Source of the DNA: a virus
Lineage: Duplodnaviria; Caudoviricetes
Strand: one strand, 5' to 3'
IMG/VR virus record: IMGVR_UViG_3300027906_004537
Location: 1 to 56,977 of that record
DNA length: 56,977 nt
Below, piece by piece: positions 45,431 through 54,897 of this stretch. The notes under the pieces are model-generated. The model saw only the letters and a list, made by a program, of their open reading frames with translations. It did not search any database and was not told the origin of the DNA. The position numbers were made by a program, and so were the translations under genes. Positions within the stretch are counted from its first letter, which is position 1. Every line of letters starts with the position of its first letter.

Positions 45431-45775
45431 GTGAGCAACTGGACGCAGCAAGAGGCGGTAAATCTTTGCGTGATCCTTGAGTCGATCGCTCCGCATTATG
45501 GTGCTCATATTGCACTTACTGGAGGCTGCCTTTACAAGCCTGGCGAACGGAAAGACTGCGACATTCTTATTTACCGGATACGCCAAGCGCCAGAGATTGA
45601 TATGGATGGACTATTTGCAGCCTTTCTCCGCGCAGGCGTTGAGGTGAGCGGCGGGTTTGGCTGGTGCTACAAAGCACGTTATCGCGGACAGGGAATTGAT
45701 CTGTTCTTTCCTGAAGAGCAAGGCGGCGAGTATATCAGCGCTGAAGATCGCGAATTGCAGGAGTCCTTGGTATGA
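45431..45775 (+). CDS. Putative nucleotidyltransferase-fold protein
   Basis: ALTGGCLY...RKDCDIL resembles the G[GS]-x-DxD signature. Confidence 0.45.
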   Translation: MSNWTQQEAVNLCVILESIAPHYGAHIALTGGCLYKPGERKDCDILIYRIRQAPEIDMDGLFAAFLRAGVEVSGGFGWCYKARYRGQGIDLFFPEEQGGEYISAEDRELQESLV

Positions 45776-46236
45776 CCACCCCACTCGTTAAATCGACCAC
45801 GGATGAGCTGATAGAAGAGCTGGAAGCGGCGGCCCGATTAGCCTCACCAGGGCAATGGACGCTTACAGTGCACACAAACCCGGTTGACCGGTTTGATGCG
45901 CAGGCTGACGACTGGACTCTTTCGGTAGGCGGCAAGCAAGTGGTCGCCGCCGAAGACGGCATACGAAACCAGCGAGACGTTCGCTACATCGCCGCAGCCA
46001 ATCCCGCCAACGTGCAGGCCCTAATCGCCCGCATCCGCGAGCTGGAAGAGGCGCAGCGGTGGATTAACGCGCTCGAACAGTTGCCTGATGAAGACGTTGA
46101 CGTTCTGGTCTGGTGCGATGACGGTGATCATCAGTATCAATGCGTTTCCAGTCATCACAATTCGTTCTTCACTGACGAGTACCACGAGTTGATACCGGTA
46201 ACTCACTGGCGCCCGCTGCCGGAGCCACCCCAATGA
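45772..46236 (+). CDS. Ea22-like / DUF551 protein
   Basis: YIAAANPANVQALIARIRELE and VTHWRPLPEPP. Confidence 0.75.
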   Translation: MTTPLVKSTTDELIEELEAAARLASPGQWTLTVHTNPVDRFDAQADDWTLSVGGKQVVAAEDGIRNQRDVRYIAAANPANVQALIARIRELEEAQRWINALEQLPDEDVDVLVWCDDGDHQYQCVSSHHNSFFTDEYHELIPVTHWRPLPEPPQ

Positions 46237-46331
46237 CCCGCTACATCCTCTGGCAAACAGCCGAAATACTCACCTATCTGGCGGCATTCGTGATTTTGCC
46301 GCTCATGACTTCGACTTTGTAGGACAAGACA

Positions 46332-47144
46332 ATGCAACCCGGATACTACCGAGACCTCAGCAATGAGGATTATCACGGCGGCGAAGGCGTGTCTAAAAGC
46401 CAGCTTGACCTGCTTCACAAGTCGCCAGCCCTGCTCCCCTGGTCGCGCAATGCGCCGGAGGATGAAGAGAAAAAGACGGCGCTGAATGTCGGTGATGCCG
46501 TTCACGCCATCCTGCTGGAGCCGCACCGGTTTGACGCTGAATACGCAGTAGGCCCCAAGGACGCACCGCGTAACACCAAGGCTGGAAAAGAGGCTTGGGC
46601 GGCGTTTGAGGAAGGGCTGAACGGCCGCACGGTTCTGACCCATGAAGAGCACCGCAAGATTCAGCTGATGCGCGAAAGCGTCATGGCCCACCCGCACGCG
46701 CGCTGGCTGATCGAGGCCGAAGGCGACGCAGAGGCAAGCATTTACTGGCGCGAGCAGGAAACCGGCGAGCTGGCCCGCTGCCGGCCCGACAAGAACATCA
46801 ACGCCCACGGCTGGGTGATGGACTTGAAGACCACGGCGGATATGTCGCGCTTTGCCAAATCGGTCTACGAGTACCGCTACCACGTGCAGGACGCCATGTA
46901 TTCCGATGGCTATGCCGCGCACTACGGCGAGCCTCCAGCCGGGTTTGTGTTCCTCGTGGTCAGCACCAGCATCGAATGCGCCCGCTACCCGGTACGGCTG
47001 TTCACCCTGGACGCCGAAGCAAAGCAGATCGGGCGCGCCGAATATCAGGCCGATATGGCCACCTTCCACGAATGCAAGGCCGCCAACGAATGGCCTGGCA
47101 TCGAAACCCTCAGCCTGCCCGGATGGGCAAGGAAGCAATCATGA
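46332..47144 (+). CDS. recE: RecE-like exonuclease VIII (PD-(D/E)xK)
   Basis: SNEDYH..GVSKSQLD, CRPD, DLKTT, YHVQDAMY. Confidence 0.9.
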   Translation: MQPGYYRDLSNEDYHGGEGVSKSQLDLLHKSPALLPWSRNAPEDEEKKTALNVGDAVHAILLEPHRFDAEYAVGPKDAPRNTKAGKEAWAAFEEGLNGRTVLTHEEHRKIQLMRESVMAHPHARWLIEAEGDAEASIYWREQETGELARCRPDKNINAHGWVMDLKTTADMSRFAKSVYEYRYHVQDAMYSDGYAAHYGEPPAGFVFLVVSTSIECARYPVRLFTLDAEAKQIGRAEYQADMATFHECKAANEWPGIETLSLPGWARKQS

Positions 47145-47980
47145 CCAATACCGCAGAGAAACAGCCCTTCACTCAATCCGACATGGAAAAAACGCAGCAG
47201 GTTAAGCCGAAAAGCCCTGCCGCCGAGCTTTCACACCTGCTGGCCAGCCCGGCGATGAAGGCGCAGATCAGCGCGGCCCTGCCGAAGCACATGACCGCCG
47301 AGCGCATGGCCCGCATCGTGACTACCGAGGTACGCAAGAACCCGGCCCTGATGAAGTGCGAGCGCACCAGCTTTCTCGGCGCGGTAATCCAGTGCGCACA
47401 GCTCGGACTAGAGCCTGGCAACAGCCTCGGTCACGCCTACATCCTGCCGTTCGATAAGCGTGAGAAGGTCAATGGTAGCTGGGTGACCGTGCGCACCGAC
47501 GCTCAATTGATCATTGGCTATCGCGGCATGATCGACCTTGCCCGCCGCTCTGGTCAAATCATCAGCATATCGGCCCGCACGGTGCGCGATGGCGACCACT
47601 TTGAATACCGTTATGGCTTGGACGAGAACATCGAGCACACGCCATCTGACGACCTTGAGGGTGGTGCTATCACCCATGTGTATGCGGTTGCCCGGCTGCG
47701 CGACGGCGGCGTCCAGTTCGAGGTTATGAGTCACGCCAAGATTGAAGCAGTACGCCAACAGAGCAAGGCCAAAGATAGCGGCCCCTGGAAGGATCATTGG
47801 GAAGAAATGGCGAAGAAGACCGTTATCCGCCGCCTCTTCAAATACCTGCCGGTCTCGGTCGAGATACAGCGCGCCGTGGTCCTGGATGAAGCGGCTGATG
47901 CCGGTATTGCTCAGGGTAACGAGTACACGCTGGATGGCGACTTTGAGGTCATCGACGGCGGCGAACAGGCAGAGGCCTAA
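47141..47980 (+). CDS. recT: RecT single-strand annealing protein
   Basis: ALPKHMTAERMARI, AQLGLEPG..LGHAY, IIGYRGMIDLARRSG, EEMAKKTVIRRLFKYLP. Confidence 0.93.
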   Translation: MTNTAEKQPFTQSDMEKTQQVKPKSPAAELSHLLASPAMKAQISAALPKHMTAERMARIVTTEVRKNPALMKCERTSFLGAVIQCAQLGLEPGNSLGHAYILPFDKREKVNGSWVTVRTDAQLIIGYRGMIDLARRSGQIISISARTVRDGDHFEYRYGLDENIEHTPSDDLEGGAITHVYAVARLRDGGVQFEVMSHAKIEAVRQQSKAKDSGPWKDHWEEMAKKTVIRRLFKYLPVSVEIQRAVVLDEAADAGIAQGNEYTLDGDFEVIDGGEQAEA

Positions 47981-48015
47981 CCCACCCTCCCCGTTAAGGG
48001 GTATGGAGAAACCGT

Positions 48016-48222
48016 ATGGCAACCATGCCTGTATTTGATCCCGATCCGCTGTATGACGCAGCATTGGCGCATGTGCGAGAGACCAAGCGTGCCAGCATAT
48101 CCGGTGTTCAGCGCCACCTTTCAATAGGATATAACCGTGCAGCGTGGCTACTGGATCGCATGGAGAAGGAAGGCGTTATCACCTACCCCGACAGCCACGG
48201 CCGCCGTGAAGTAAAGAGGTAA
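48016..48222 (+). CDS. Stand-alone FtsK gamma domain
   Basis: DPLYDAA...V....RASIS.VQR.L.IGYNRAA.L.D.ME..GVI. Confidence 0.85.
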   Translation: MATMPVFDPDPLYDAALAHVRETKRASISGVQRHLSIGYNRAAWLLDRMEKEGVITYPDSHGRREVKR

Positions 48223-48227
48223 CCCCA

Positions 48228-48647
48228 ATGCTACAGCAAACAATCCCAGCAACACGGGCGGCAGAGGCTGCCCAAATATCGGCGAGTGTTGAGCAGTTTT
48301 TGGCGGCAGGTGGCGAGATTCAGCGCCTACCGATCTTCAAGCGCGACGGATCAGCCGGGCAGACGTGGACGCGAACAGCAAAGAACCCTGAAGCGGTAGA
48401 GACGAACACGCTGAAGCACATCGCTGACAAGCACTGCAAAAAGCACCCGGGCGGCGATACCGCAATGGCGGTCAAGAAAAACTCAGAGTATCGCCGGGCG
48501 GAACGTGACGCGCTTGCGCCCCAGGTAAAGGCAATGAGCGCCAATGGCGTGACCGTCAAGGACATTGCCAAGGCCCTGGGTATCAGTGTCGGCACCGTGA
48601 CCCGCATCCGTGTTGAAAACGGCTGTGAGCGTCAGCGCCGAGAATAA
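48228..48647 (+). CDS. HTH-containing protein
   Basis: VEQFLAAGGEI N-terminus; GVTVKDIAKALGISVGTVTRI C-terminal HTH. Confidence 0.7.
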   Translation: MLQQTIPATRAAEAAQISASVEQFLAAGGEIQRLPIFKRDGSAGQTWTRTAKNPEAVETNTLKHIADKHCKKHPGGDTAMAVKKNSEYRRAERDALAPQVKAMSANGVTVKDIAKALGISVGTVTRIRVENGCERQRRE

Positions 48648-48679
48648 CCCCTTCAGGCCGCTGGCCAGAGGTATGCCCA

Positions 48680-50352
48680 TGAATGCAGTTACCCATGTCG
48701 GCGAGCTTGTCGACGACGTGGCGCAGTTCTTTGCGCCTGTTTCATCCGATCTCGTGGATAGCCTGGTAGGCGAGTACCGCGGCATGCGCGAGCGCATTGA
48801 AGCCCTGGCTGCAGCGGTTGAGCAGGAAGAGCACGCCGGCGCGCTGACTCACTTCATCAACGGCAACCTGCGCGACGACCGCAACGCAATCCCTCATCAC
48901 ATCGGCAACCTGTTCGATCTGCGCGGCGCTATCGGACACTTGAACGGCATGTACTGGAACAAAGCGCTGCACATGACCGATGTGCTGGACTACATGCCGC
49001 AGGCCAGGCGCTCAGAATGGAACGAACAGATCCGCAACCCGCTGGGCACCAAGGCCAACTCGCGCACCGGTGAAAAAGAGCAGCCAGCCCTGCCAGAGTT
49101 CGAGGAAGAGTCGGTGCGATCGACGCTGTCGCACTTGCTGCACAGCCGGTCGCAGTTCTTCGCCGAGCGAATCGACGGCATCTTTCGCTCGCTGAGCAAA
49201 ACGCACGTCACCAACTGCCCGGAAGGGTTCAACAAGCGGATGATTCTGGGCCGAGCGATCACCCATTACGACACGGTTGATCACGACACAGCAGGCGTCA
49301 TCAATGATCTGCGCTGCGTTATCGCCAAGTTCATGGGCCGGGATGAGCCGAAATACCATGTGACTGGTGACACGATCAGCCGCTGCCGGTACCCGAATGG
49401 CCAATGGCAAAGCATCGACGGCGGCTCACTTCGCATGCGGATCTACAACGGCGTGGGCACGGCCCACCTTGAGGTTCATCCTGACATAGCCTGGCGGCTG
49501 AATGGCGTGCTGGCGAGCATCTACCCGGCGGCGATACCCGAGAAGAACCGCACCAGGCCAAAGCGTCAGCGCAAGATCAAGGATTTTGAGCTGATGGAGC
49601 GGCCCCTGCCCTTCTCTGTGATTGGTCTGCTGTCCGGAATGCGCCCGGTAAATATACCCAGGCAGAACGACAGCTTCCGCAACGGACGCGATCGCATCCC
49701 AATGGCCCTGCAGTTTGAGTACGGAGATCACGAAAAGCATTCACTTGCCGAGGCGGAGAAGGTGCTGGAAGCCATTGGCGGTGTACGCGCTACCGAGGCG
49801 CACGCAAGGTTCTGGCAATTCGACTACGAGCCGCAAGAGGTCATCAGCCAGATTGTTGTCAGCGGCTGCATCCCGGATCAAAAGAGCCACCAGTTCTACC
49901 CAACGCCCAGCGATCTGGCGGAACAGGCTGTAGAGCTCGCAGCGATCGAGCCCCACCACGACTGCCTTGAGCCATCCGCCGGCACCGGCAGCATTGCCGA
50001 GTTAATGAGTGGTGGTCGCTCCCTGTGCTGCGTTGAAATCAGCCCGCTGCACTGCAAGGTGCTGGAAGCCAAAGGCATGAAGCCGCTGGCCAAGGACTTC
50101 ATCAAATGGAATGGCGCCACAGGCTTTGATCGCATCGTCATGAACCCCCCGTTCGACCAAGGCCGCTGGCAGGCCCACCTAGAGCGCGCGGCAACCATGC
50201 TTCGACCAGGCGGCCGACTGGTCGCCATTCTGCCGTCAGGCGCCAAGAACAAAAATCCGCTGCCAAGCATGCAATGTGAGTGGCACGGGCCTTATGACAA
50301 CCGCTTTGCAGGCGCATCAGTGTCCGTTGTGATTCTGGTGGCCACCGCATAA
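48680..50352 (+). CDS. DUF4942-type N6-adenine methyltransferase
   Basis: QFYPTP, LEPSAGTG and IVMNPPF motifs; start uncertain. Confidence 0.8.
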
Positions 50353-50367
50353 CCGAGGTAATCCCCC

Positions 50368-51507
50368 ATGGCGGCTTATTACAACGAGCACGATCCGTAT
50401 GCCGCCCAGTGGCTGCGCAACCTGATAAAAGCCGGTCACATAGCGCCGGGCGATGTCGATGAAAGGAGTATTGAAGATGTCACACCTGCAGACCTTGCCG
50501 GATACTCACAGTGTCATTTCTTCGCAGGCATTGGCGTCTGGTCACTCGCCCTACGTCGAGCGGGATGGCCAGATGACCTTCCTGTATGGACCGGCAGTTG
50601 TCCGTGCCAGCCTTTCAGCTCGGCAGGCGCTCAAGCTGGGTTTGATGACCCGCGCCACCTCTGGCCAAGTTTTGCCTGGCTCATCCAAGAGTGCCGCCCT
50701 GCAGTCGCCTTTGGAGAGCAGGTTGCAAGTAAAGCTGTCGAGCCTTGGATCGACCTTGTACAAACTGACGTGGAAGCAATGGGCTACGCCTTCGGGTGTG
50801 TGCCGTTTCCGTCTGCGGGCGTCGGTGCCCCGCACATCCGAGACCGTGCGTACTGGGTGGCAAACGCCCGTAGCACACGAAGCAAGGCTAGGCTATCAGC
50901 GGCGTCGCGGGGACACGAAAGGGAGTCAGGTTTCGTTGACAACCGAAGTAGTGAACTTTCTGGCCCCGGAGTCAGATCCGATGTTAAAGGGCTGGAATCT
51001 GTCTGCCTGGCCGACGCCGAACGCGACGAACAATGGCGCCGGGGAGGAGCCGGGGGCAAAAGCAGCGCGCGGAATGAACCCTGGGTTGAACCCGGCAGAC
51101 GCGGCGAGGCTTGCGGGCTGGCCCACAACCCGAGCGACCGACGGCACCAACAATGCTCGATCGCTGCAGGGAGCGGAGAACGAAGCGCTTCGGAAGAGCT
51201 GGAACAACGACCTTGGAGTGGCGAGCTTCTCGGTCGTGACGAACAACCCGGCCCGGTTAACGGCTTCTGGCGAACTTCTGACTGGCTGTTCTGCCGAGAT
51301 GCCAAGTGGCGGCCAGTTGAACCCGGCACATTCCCGCTGGTTGCAAGCCCTGCCGGTGGTGTGGGACGAGGCTGCACCGATTGGCATACCCCCGCCGGAC
51401 AAGAAGGCCAAGGCCACCGCGCCGGCCGGCTGAAAGGCTACGGCAACGCAATCAACGCAGAGGCCGCCACGGTCTTTATTGAATCGTTTATTGAGGTAAT
51501 CCCATGA
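50368..51507 (+). CDS. C5-cytosine DNA methyltransferase (alpha chain)
   Basis: HFFAGIG (I), GSCPCQPFS (IV), GEQV (VI), HIRDRAY (VIII), LKGYGNAI (X). Confidence 0.88.
   Translation: MAAYYNEHDPYAAQWLRNLIKAGHIAPGDVDERSIEDVTPADLAGYSQCHFFAGIGVWSLALRRAGWPDDLPVWTGSCPCQPFSSAGAQAGFDDPRHLWPSFAWLIQECRPAVAFGEQVASKAVEPWIDLVQTDVEAMGYAFGCVPFPSAGVGAPHIRDRAYWVANARSTRSKARLSAASRGHERESGFVDNRSSELSGPGVRSDVKGLESVCLADAERDEQWRRGGAGGKSSARNEPWVEPGRRGEACGLAHNPSDRRHQQCSIAAGSGERSASEELEQRPWSGELLGRDEQPGPVNGFWRTSDWLFCRDAKWRPVEPGTFPLVASPAGGVGRGCTDWHTPAGQEGQGHRAGRLKGYGNAINAEAATVFIESFIEVIP
50453..51433 (+). CDS. Nested +1-frame ORF, putative methyltransferase beta chain
   Basis: Open for 326 codons inside the MTase; W(Q/P)T(P/T) repeats and GQLNPAHSRWLQALP (motif IX-like); true start unknown. 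Confidence 0.65.
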   Translation: MSMKGVLKMSHLQTLPDTHSVISSQALASGHSPYVERDGQMTFLYGPAVVRASLSARQALKLGLMTRATSGQVLPGSSKSAALQSPLESRLQVKLSSLGSTLYKLTWKQWATPSGVCRFRLRASVPRTSETVRTGWQTPVAHEARLGYQRRRGDTKGSQVSLTTEVVNFLAPESDPMLKGWNLSAWPTPNATNNGAGEEPGAKAARGMNPGLNPADAARLAGWPTTRATDGTNNARSLQGAENEALRKSWNNDLGVASFSVVTNNPARLTASGELLTGCSAEMPSGGQLNPAHSRWLQALPVVWDEAAPIGIPPPDKKAKATAPAG

Positions 51508-51707
51508 CCCCACAACTCACAGCCCGGCACAGCCAGACGGATGCCGGGCCGATGGTAGCGCTTAACGGCCTGCCTGACCCAGGCGAGCTTATGACCTATC
51601 AGGACATTTTCAGCATGGCACGACAGCTGCGCGAGATAGCGATAGATGCGCAGCGCGAAGTGTTTGAACCTATCGGCCACGACAGCGAAGGCGGCGGCCA
51701 CGACTGA
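51504..51707 (+). CDS. Hypothetical protein
   Basis: ATGA-coupled ORF. Confidence 0.5.
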   Translation: MTPQLTARHSQTDAGPMVALNGLPDPGELMTYQDIFSMARQLREIAIDAQREVFEPIGHDSEGGGHD

Positions 51708-51722
51708 TACAGGAGCACCATC

Positions 51723-51965
51723 ATGTCCAAAGTAATCGACGACATCAAAGCAGCCGAAGCCGCACGCTTCCCCTGCCCCGGCGTACTGAGTGAGCAGGCG
51801 TTGCGGGTTGGCCTGGAAGTTGAGCAGGTATATCAAGGCTACGTCCAAGCCGAAACCGAAGCCAAGCACGAGGCTGTAGAGGCGCTGCGCCGGGTAGTCG
51901 CTGGCGAGCAGTCCGACGAGCTATCAGCGCTGGTCTGCGGCATCTTGAGCAAGGAGTCAGCGTGA
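51723..51965 (+). CDS. Hypothetical protein
   Basis: RBS AGGAG. Confidence 0.5.
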   Translation: MSKVIDDIKAAEAARFPCPGVLSEQALRVGLEVEQVYQGYVQAETEAKHEAVEALRRVVAGEQSDELSALVCGILSKESA

Positions 51966-52705
51966 TGAACACCCAAGCCGAATACATGGAACAGCAGCTT
52001 GCCGAGGCGCGGGCGCGGATTGCAGCGCTTGAGGTTGAGAAGGCGCGGGGGTTTGTAAGCGATGCACTGAAGGGGTGCGCCATCGTTATGCGCGGCCTAT
52101 CGGTTCTCGACAAAGAAGAAATTCAGAGCGACGACGCGGAAATATGGCTTGAGGATGAGCATGGCCGCGACGGCGGTTATTCGTTCTCGATCACCGAATA
52201 CGCTGGTAAGTGCGCAGATATTCTTGAAGCTGCGCTCGCCGCCCCTGCCCCTGCTGAGCGGGTGGAGCAGGAGGCTGTGGCTTGGCGGGTTAGCCACCCT
52301 CGGGACGGGTGGCAAACGTATGACAGTTACCCTAAGTGGGCTGAAGGCGACGACAGCTTGTCGATCCAGCCCCTATACACCGCCCCGCACCCCTCGCCAG
52401 CCCCTGCCGCCCTAGACAGTGCCCATCAACTACCAATATCCGGTGGTCAGATTGCAGGTGTTACCGGCACGCCTTTTTGCAACGCAGCCCCTGCCGCGCC
52501 GGATGAGCCGTATACCGACGAGGATTCCGCCCAGTCGCCAGAACTAGCCGAGGCTATCCGCGCTCGCGAAGAATCGGTGTGCCTGGTTCACGGTCTGACT
52601 ACTGCTCTGAAGCAGATCAAGCGTATCGCCGCGCACCCTCCGAAGGATCGGGCCATTCTTGAGATAGCAGAAGCGGCGCTTACCCACCAGCGCAAGGAGG
52701 GTTGA
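51962..52705 (+). CDS. Hypothetical mosaic early protein
   Basis: EQEAVAW..PLYTAP segments typical of phage early mosaics. Confidence 0.55.
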   Translation: MMNTQAEYMEQQLAEARARIAALEVEKARGFVSDALKGCAIVMRGLSVLDKEEIQSDDAEIWLEDEHGRDGGYSFSITEYAGKCADILEAALAAPAPAERVEQEAVAWRVSHPRDGWQTYDSYPKWAEGDDSLSIQPLYTAPHPSPAPAALDSAHQLPISGGQIAGVTGTPFCNAAPAAPDEPYTDEDSAQSPELAEAIRAREESVCLVHGLTTALKQIKRIAAHPPKDRAILEIAEAALTHQRKEG

Positions 52706-52962
52706 GCATGGCCATCCAGATTCCAAGCAAGTGCAGGGAATGTGGCAGCGCCAGCTTGTCGTGGGATATGCGCGTTGTCGGCGCTAGCGGCATCCAAGAC
52801 GGCCGGCACCGGCTAAACGAGATTAGTGCTGTCTATTGGATAGGCTGCGACCACTGCTCTGAAACCCTGCTGCAGGTCAACGAAGATCAGATGATGGGCA
52901 TGCTTAACAAGGCTTTGAGAATGCCGAGCATCGACCTCACAAAGGAGCCACGCCATGACTGA
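52702..52962 (+). CDS. Zn-ribbon hypothetical protein
   Basis: CRECGS and GCDHCSETL. Confidence 0.6.
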   Translation: MSMAIQIPSKCRECGSASLSWDMRVVGASGIQDGRHRLNEISAVYWIGCDHCSETLLQVNEDQMMGMLNKALRMPSIDLTKEPRHD

Positions 52963-53488
52963 CAAGCCGAAGATTATTGGCTACGCATTCCCGGTGAAAA
53001 GCTCGTTACTGCTGGTCAACGATGTAACCGAGCCGGAAAGGCACCGAAAACTGGCGCTTATCCGCCTCACCGACCTCGAAGCCTTCATTGACGCGCTGGA
53101 GACAGAAAACAAGCGGCTGCTGAGCGCCGGTCAGGCACTGGAGGCTGACTACTCATCACTGCGTCGAGAGGTCGAGCATAAGCAGAACGCCAGCGCAGCA
53201 GACAAGGCGCGGATTGCGGAGCTGGTGCGGGAGCGGGACGGGCTACTCAAGGATAAGGCTCGACTCGACTACCTGGATCGAATGAATGAAAGCCTAAACG
53301 CCCATTACGGTACGACCTACAAGTGGAGGCTGGTGCTCAGCCCGAACGTAACGCGGCTTATGACTGGGCGCCAAGACAACGGATATGTGGGCGATATTGA
53401 CCTGCATGACTCGGACGCGCTTGGCAAATCCTCTTGCCGCGAGGCTATCGACGCAGCCCTAGCCCAGCAGGGCAAGGAAGGTGAGTGA
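52955..53488 (+). CDS. Hypothetical coiled-coil protein
   Basis: KDKARLDYL..REAIDAAL motif. Confidence 0.55.
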   Translation: MTDKPKIIGYAFPVKSSLLLVNDVTEPERHRKLALIRLTDLEAFIDALETENKRLLSAGQALEADYSSLRREVEHKQNASAADKARIAELVRERDGLLKDKARLDYLDRMNESLNAHYGTTYKWRLVLSPNVTRLMTGRQDNGYVGDIDLHDSDALGKSSCREAIDAALAQQGKEGE

Positions 53489-53685
53489 TGGCCGGAAACA
53501 TGGAGCGAACCCGGAAGTGGTACGGCGTCCCGGCTAAGCGCGGTGGCCGTGTGGCCTACACCGGCAGCGGCAAGCGCGAACTCGGAACGATCCGCAGCGC
53601 TAAGGATTGCCGCCTAAAAATCCAACTGGACGGCCACAAGCACACGATGCCGTTTCATCCAACGTGGTGCCTGGAGTATTTGTAG
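53485..53685 (+). CDS. Conserved small phage protein
   Basis: YGVPAKRGGRV.Y..HPTW.LEY. Confidence 0.6.
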   Translation: MMAGNMERTRKWYGVPAKRGGRVAYTGSGKRELGTIRSAKDCRLKIQLDGHKHTMPFHPTWCLEYL

Positions 53686-53707
53686 GCGGCGCATAATATT
53701 GCGGGCT

Positions 53708-54154
53708 TTAAGACTCGGGCTGAAACAGACTAGAGCACTTAACTCTCATTTGACCTCGAAGCCGATTCAGCTTTTCTAATTCAGGCTCTAACAGCAGCAA
53801 GCCCTCCCGACACTTTGCTGCATTGTATCCGCCAACCTTTTCCTTTGTGGCGTCGGCGTATGCACATGCGTCTTTAAGGCTGTTGGCAATAAACTCGCCA
53901 TGCTGCTCCAGCCAGGTTAAGAGCTCTTGTTTTCGAACAGGGTCGATATCTGGAGATCGACGGACGCCATTAAGGTGGTCCTTGTTGTCGTCATGCAGTC
54001 CGTGCCAGGCGCTCCTGGCTTGCTCAGCTCTGTTCATCAGAGTAAGCCGCAACTGAAAGAGCGTCTCCCCCTTGGCGAGGTTCCATGCTCTCCACGCAAG
54101 AAAAAGACTGAGCAGAGAGATGAGAATAGCTGCTGCCTCTAGAGCGTATTCCAT
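53708..54154 (-). CDS. Membrane-anchored moron protein
   Basis: Antisense in the early operon; RBS GGAGG; N-terminal TM (AAAILISLLSLFLAW). Confidence 0.6.
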   Translation of the reverse strand: MEYALEAAAILISLLSLFLAWRAWNLAKGETLFQLRLTLMNRAEQARSAWHGLHDDNKDHLNGVRRSPDIDPVRKQELLTWLEQHGEFIANSLKDACAYADATKEKVGGYNAAKCREGLLLLEPELEKLNRLRGQMRVKCSSLFQPES

Positions 54155-54238
54155 TTTTTCAAAACCTCCGCGAACTAATTTCATCATTAAACCACTGCAA
54201 ATGTGCACACACCACCCTACACGCCGGGAGGCATAGCA

Positions 54239-54895
54239 ATGTCCGAACCAACACGATCACCGCTCTGCTGGCCTGCCTGGTTCCCGCGCACGCCAGAGAG
54301 CAAACGCCAGCACGGCCGATTCGGCACCAAGAATCACGGCAGCTGGGGCAATAAGGCGCTCACGCTGCACCAGGCTTGCGGCCGAGTAATCGAAGAGCTG
54401 GGCAAGTTCACCCGAACTGGCCACAGCTGGCGATGCGACCCCAAGGAAGTGATCATCAGCACCGACCTACTGCTGCGCAATGACGGCCTGCCACGGTCCG
54501 GCCAGCGCACACCGGCAGACCCGGGCGCCGCGGTCTATTTCACCTTGGACGGCAAGCAGCGCTGCGTTCCTTGCGATATGTACCTGCGCATCGAGGACAA
54601 CATTGCAGCCATTGCGGCCACGATCCAGTCGCTGCGCACCATCGAGCGCCACGGCAGCCAGATGTTCGAGGCGGCCTTCACCGGCTTTGATGCCCTGCCC
54701 GCACCTGACCAGGTGGTCGGTCGCTCATGGCGTGACGTGCTGGATTACTACGGCGACAGCTACAGCGACGCCAAACAGGCCTACATGCGAGCCCGCAAGA
54801 CAGCGCACCCTGACCACGGCGGTGCACCGGGCCTGCTGCATGAAGTAACAGTTGCCTGGGAACAAGCGCAGAACGAACTGAGCCGGGAGGCGTAG
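54239..54895 (+). CDS. Phage protein with C-terminal J-domain (HPD motif)
   Basis: PLCWPAW.PRT N-terminus; AYMRARKTAHPDHGG. Confidence 0.75.
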   Translation: MSEPTRSPLCWPAWFPRTPESKRQHGRFGTKNHGSWGNKALTLHQACGRVIEELGKFTRTGHSWRCDPKEVIISTDLLLRNDGLPRSGQRTPADPGAAVYFTLDGKQRCVPCDMYLRIEDNIAAIAATIQSLRTIERHGSQMFEAAFTGFDALPAPDQVVGRSWRDVLDYYGDSYSDAKQAYMRARKTAHPDHGGAPGLLHEVTVAWEQAQNELSREA

Positions 54896-54897
54896 AC

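Noticed and set aside
49358-49367. Eighth CAGTCACAT match (minus strand)
   Set aside because: Inside the methyltransferase CDS with no TTG -35 at the 16-bp spacing; likely chance
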